From a virus, in the IMG/VR virus record IMGVR_UViG_3300035661_000010: a stretch of 64,000 nt of DNA. One strand, written 5' to 3'. The notes beneath the pieces were generated by a model, which saw nothing but the letters and a program-made list of their open reading frames with translations, did not search any database and had not been told where the DNA came from. Positions 62,037-64,000 of this stretch are shown piece by piece (position 1 is the first letter of the stretch; each line of letters opens with the position of its first letter). Both the position numbers and the translations under genes were made by a program.

Positions 62037-62330
62037 ATGAGAGACCCGCTGTTTGGACTCTGGGATGAGGTGCGCGAGCCGTTTCGCGTGATGCCGGAGC
62101 TCAGATGGAACAGCAGCAATGCGGAGCAGTACGTGCTCAAGGCGATCCGCAAACATGTGCGCACCGACTTCCTCGGTCAGCCGTACCAGCCGAACCAGAA
62201 GAAGAAGAAGCCTCGCGGGCCCAGGGCAAAGTCAAAGGATAGACACGCGCGAAATGTGTTCGAGCATCGAGTGCAGCTCATCCTGGCGTTCTGGAGATCC
62301 AGTCGTCGTGAGATCATGGAGAGAACATGA
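62037..62330 (+). CDS. Hypothetical basic protein
   Basis: ATGA overlap with next ORF. Confidence 0.5.
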   Translation: MRDPLFGLWDEVREPFRVMPELRWNSSNAEQYVLKAIRKHVRTDFLGQPYQPNQKKKKPRGPRAKSKDRHARNVFEHRVQLILAFWRSSRREIMERT

Positions 62331-63058
62331 AGTGGAAGCTGATCGACGTACTGCCAACGGGCGAGGTCGCCGGACTTGGTAGCGGTCCAGACTTCGATAG
62401 AGTTGTCATGTCCAAGACGTATCCGAAGTCGACGTTCGGCCAGATGCTTCGTCAGGGCCGGCTCAACGAAGACATGACTCTCCGCACAGCCGCCATCGCG
62501 AGCGGAATGACGGTGGTCGAAATCAGCTCGCTTGAGCGCGGCCAGCAGACGCTGTCGAGCGAGCAGTGGGCACAGTTGTTCTCGCTCTTGTTCGATGGAA
62601 CGAACAGGCCTGTTACGCGGCGCCACCAAAGGCTGCTGAACGATGACCTCAAGATCAAACGCATCGTCCTTCGGGATCCGAGTGGCCTGATACAAGAGAG
62701 CGTGATGGAACTGCTTCGAAAACGTCTGCATGAAAGACTGCATGAAAGACTGCTCGATGCACTGGTCAGCCTAGATGATGTCAAGCTCGTATGTGATCAG
62801 GCCATCGACAGCATGCAGAGCCTCGTTCCTCCGACGCGGCACGACTACTCGATCGAAGGAGATAAGATCGTCATCTTGTTCTCGAACACGAATGACGAGG
62901 TCTACGACATCCTCGCGAAGACGTTCATGGAGTGTGCGATCAAGAAGTACGGGTCTGTGCCAACGGAAAGCTTGGCAGCCTTGTTCAAGACGCTCGAAGT
63001 GCATCGCCCACTCGCCAAGAAGGTGCTCATGGATCTCATGCTCGAGGACGAACGATGA
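62327..63058 (+). CDS. XRE-family HTH protein
   Basis: FGQMLRQGRLNEDMTLRTAAIASGMTVVEISSLERG; 12-bp tandem duplication at 62726-62749 (LHER x2). Confidence 0.75.
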   Translation: MKWKLIDVLPTGEVAGLGSGPDFDRVVMSKTYPKSTFGQMLRQGRLNEDMTLRTAAIASGMTVVEISSLERGQQTLSSEQWAQLFSLLFDGTNRPVTRRHQRLLNDDLKIKRIVLRDPSGLIQESVMELLRKRLHERLHERLLDALVSLDDVKLVCDQAIDSMQSLVPPTRHDYSIEGDKIVILFSNTNDEVYDILAKTFMECAIKKYGSVPTESLAALFKTLEVHRPLAKKVLMDLMLEDER

Positions 63059-63378
63059 GCGTTCATTTGTGTGATCGCCACATCACTCGCAAGGAGCAGC
63101 TCGGCTACCTGGAGTGGCACGACAAAGCAGCCCAGTCAGCCCGGAAAGGAGAGAAGCAGGTTCGCTGCACCCAGTGCAGTCTGTACTTCTTCCCATGGGA
63201 GATGAAGTCGACTCCGAAGAAGAAGCGTCGTACGAAGAAGAGATGCGTGTTGCCATTCTCGTCTTCTGTTTCGTTGCCGCCAGCTGCTCCAGCCAAGAAG
63301 CGCAGACAAGGCCAGATCACGGCGACTGTATCCCGCTCGGAGAAGCGCTCAAGTGCTCGCCAGACTTCGTCACGCTGA
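63055..63378 (+). CDS. Hypothetical protein (CTQC)
   Basis: GAGGA RBS; ATGA overlap; 3' part overlaps the next ORF. Confidence 0.5.
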   Translation: MSVHLCDRHITRKEQLGYLEWHDKAAQSARKGEKQVRCTQCSLYFFPWEMKSTPKKKRRTKKRCVLPFSSSVSLPPAAPAKKRRQGQITATVSRSEKRSSARQTSSR

Positions 63379-63452
63379 AGACATGCTACCGATGCTACGC
63401 ATTCGGAGACGCATCGAATGACGCGGGCATCTGCTGTCGATGCTGTAGCTGA
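63243..63452 (+). CDS. Small Cys-rich putative lipoprotein
   Basis: MRVAILVFCFVAASC signal/lipobox; ends CCRCCS. Confidence 0.5.
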   Translation: MRVAILVFCFVAASCSSQEAQTRPDHGDCIPLGEALKCSPDFVTLKTCYRCYAFGDASNDAGICCRCCS

Positions 63453-63487
63453 AAAGAGAAACGGTCACCCTCTTGCGAAGGTGACCG
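63451..63487 (-). terminator. Terminator between convergent genes
   Basis: CGGTCACC/GGTGACCG stem; A-rich run on its left gives a U-tract on the minus strand. Confidence 0.6.
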
Positions 63488-63598
63488 ATTCAATGAGTGC
63501 CTCTGCCCATACCCGCAGTGTGCTCGTCTTGTAACGAGTCGACCAGTCAGAGGTTTCTTTGCAGAACGGACGGCATACCGCTCACTCTCCTCCTTGCC

Positions 63599-63964
63599 TC
63601 AGGTTGCCGGGGCAGTCGGAGGCGCGTCGGGGGCAGCGGGGGCAGCGGGGGCCGAAGCCGTGTTCGCGACGATTGCAGCAGCAAGCGGATCGGCCGAAGC
63701 CTTGAGCTGCGCCGCGAGAGCATCGACTGCTGCCTGGTTGCCAGAGTTCGCCGCGAGCTCCGCAGCGATGGTCTGGATGAGGTGGATCGCAGAGGCCTCT
63801 GCGTCGGTGTTCGCCTTGACTTGAGCCGTGAGAGCAGAAAGGTCGAGAGCCATCTTGAATTCTCCTTCGAGGACGACTGCAAGAGCGAACTCGATCTTCC
63901 GTTGCGAAGCCCGTACGTCGGCAAGCTCCGAGAGAACGAGGTCCAGTTTCTTGTTGGGGTCCAT
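63599..63964 (-). CDS. Ala-rich helical phage protein with Pro/Ala tail
   Basis: MDPNKKLDLVL...; second in-frame start at 63853 with GAAGGAG RBS (MALDLSALTAQV...). Confidence 0.6.
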   Translation of the reverse strand: MDPNKKLDLVLSELADVRASQRKIEFALAVVLEGEFKMALDLSALTAQVKANTDAEASAIHLIQTIAAELAANSGNQAAVDALAAQLKASADPLAAAIVANTASAPAAPAAPDAPPTAPAT

Positions 63965-64000
63965 GTTGTTGGAACTGAAGAAAACCACGCCAACGAGCCG

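Noticed and set aside
63055-63452. Rz/Rz1 overlapping spanin pair
   Set aside because: The outer ORF has no N-terminal transmembrane helix or coiled coil, and the lipoprotein is Cys-rich rather than Pro-rich

Overview
The window looks like a 64-kb segment of a large, GC-rich dsDNA tailed phage (or a large phage-like replicon). Genes are densely packed with frequent stop/start overlaps, and almost all lie on the + strand; the credible exceptions are 47620-48147 and 63599-63964. From left to right: (1) 1-10.3 kb, short mostly hypothetical, often Cys-rich ORFs plus an ATP-dependent DNA ligase; (2) 10.3-28.6 kb, replication/recombination genes (amino-MTase, initiator-like protein, DnaC-like loader, DnaB-like helicase, DnaG primase, two SSBs, intein-containing SF2 helicase, RecA with a Cys4 insertion, two resolvases, DUF932-like protein, Cas4-like nuclease, a double-domain GroES); (3) 28.6-46.8 kb, an ~18-kb enzyme cluster with a ParB-like gene near each end (DegT aminotransferase, two WbqC proteins, SWIM/MgsA-like protein, GT-B glycosyltransferase, radical SAM/SPASM, DUF1643, DUF5131, C5-MTase, PhyH dioxygenase, PIG-L deacetylase, two GNATs, diverged PurD-like ATP-grasp ligase); (4) 46.9-53.2 kb, cell-envelope/hydrolase genes; (5) 53.9-59.3 kb, ThyX, two tail-fibre-like genes, dNMP kinase and an HD nucleotidase; (6) more small hypotheticals. 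Block 3 is the best candidate for an undescribed system: an aminoacylated amino-sugar modification pathway, probably for DNA but possibly for virion or host glycans. I recognised no DNA polymerase, capsid, terminase, integrase, tRNA, rRNA or CRISPR array. All assignments come from motif recognition by eye; no searches or folding computations were run.
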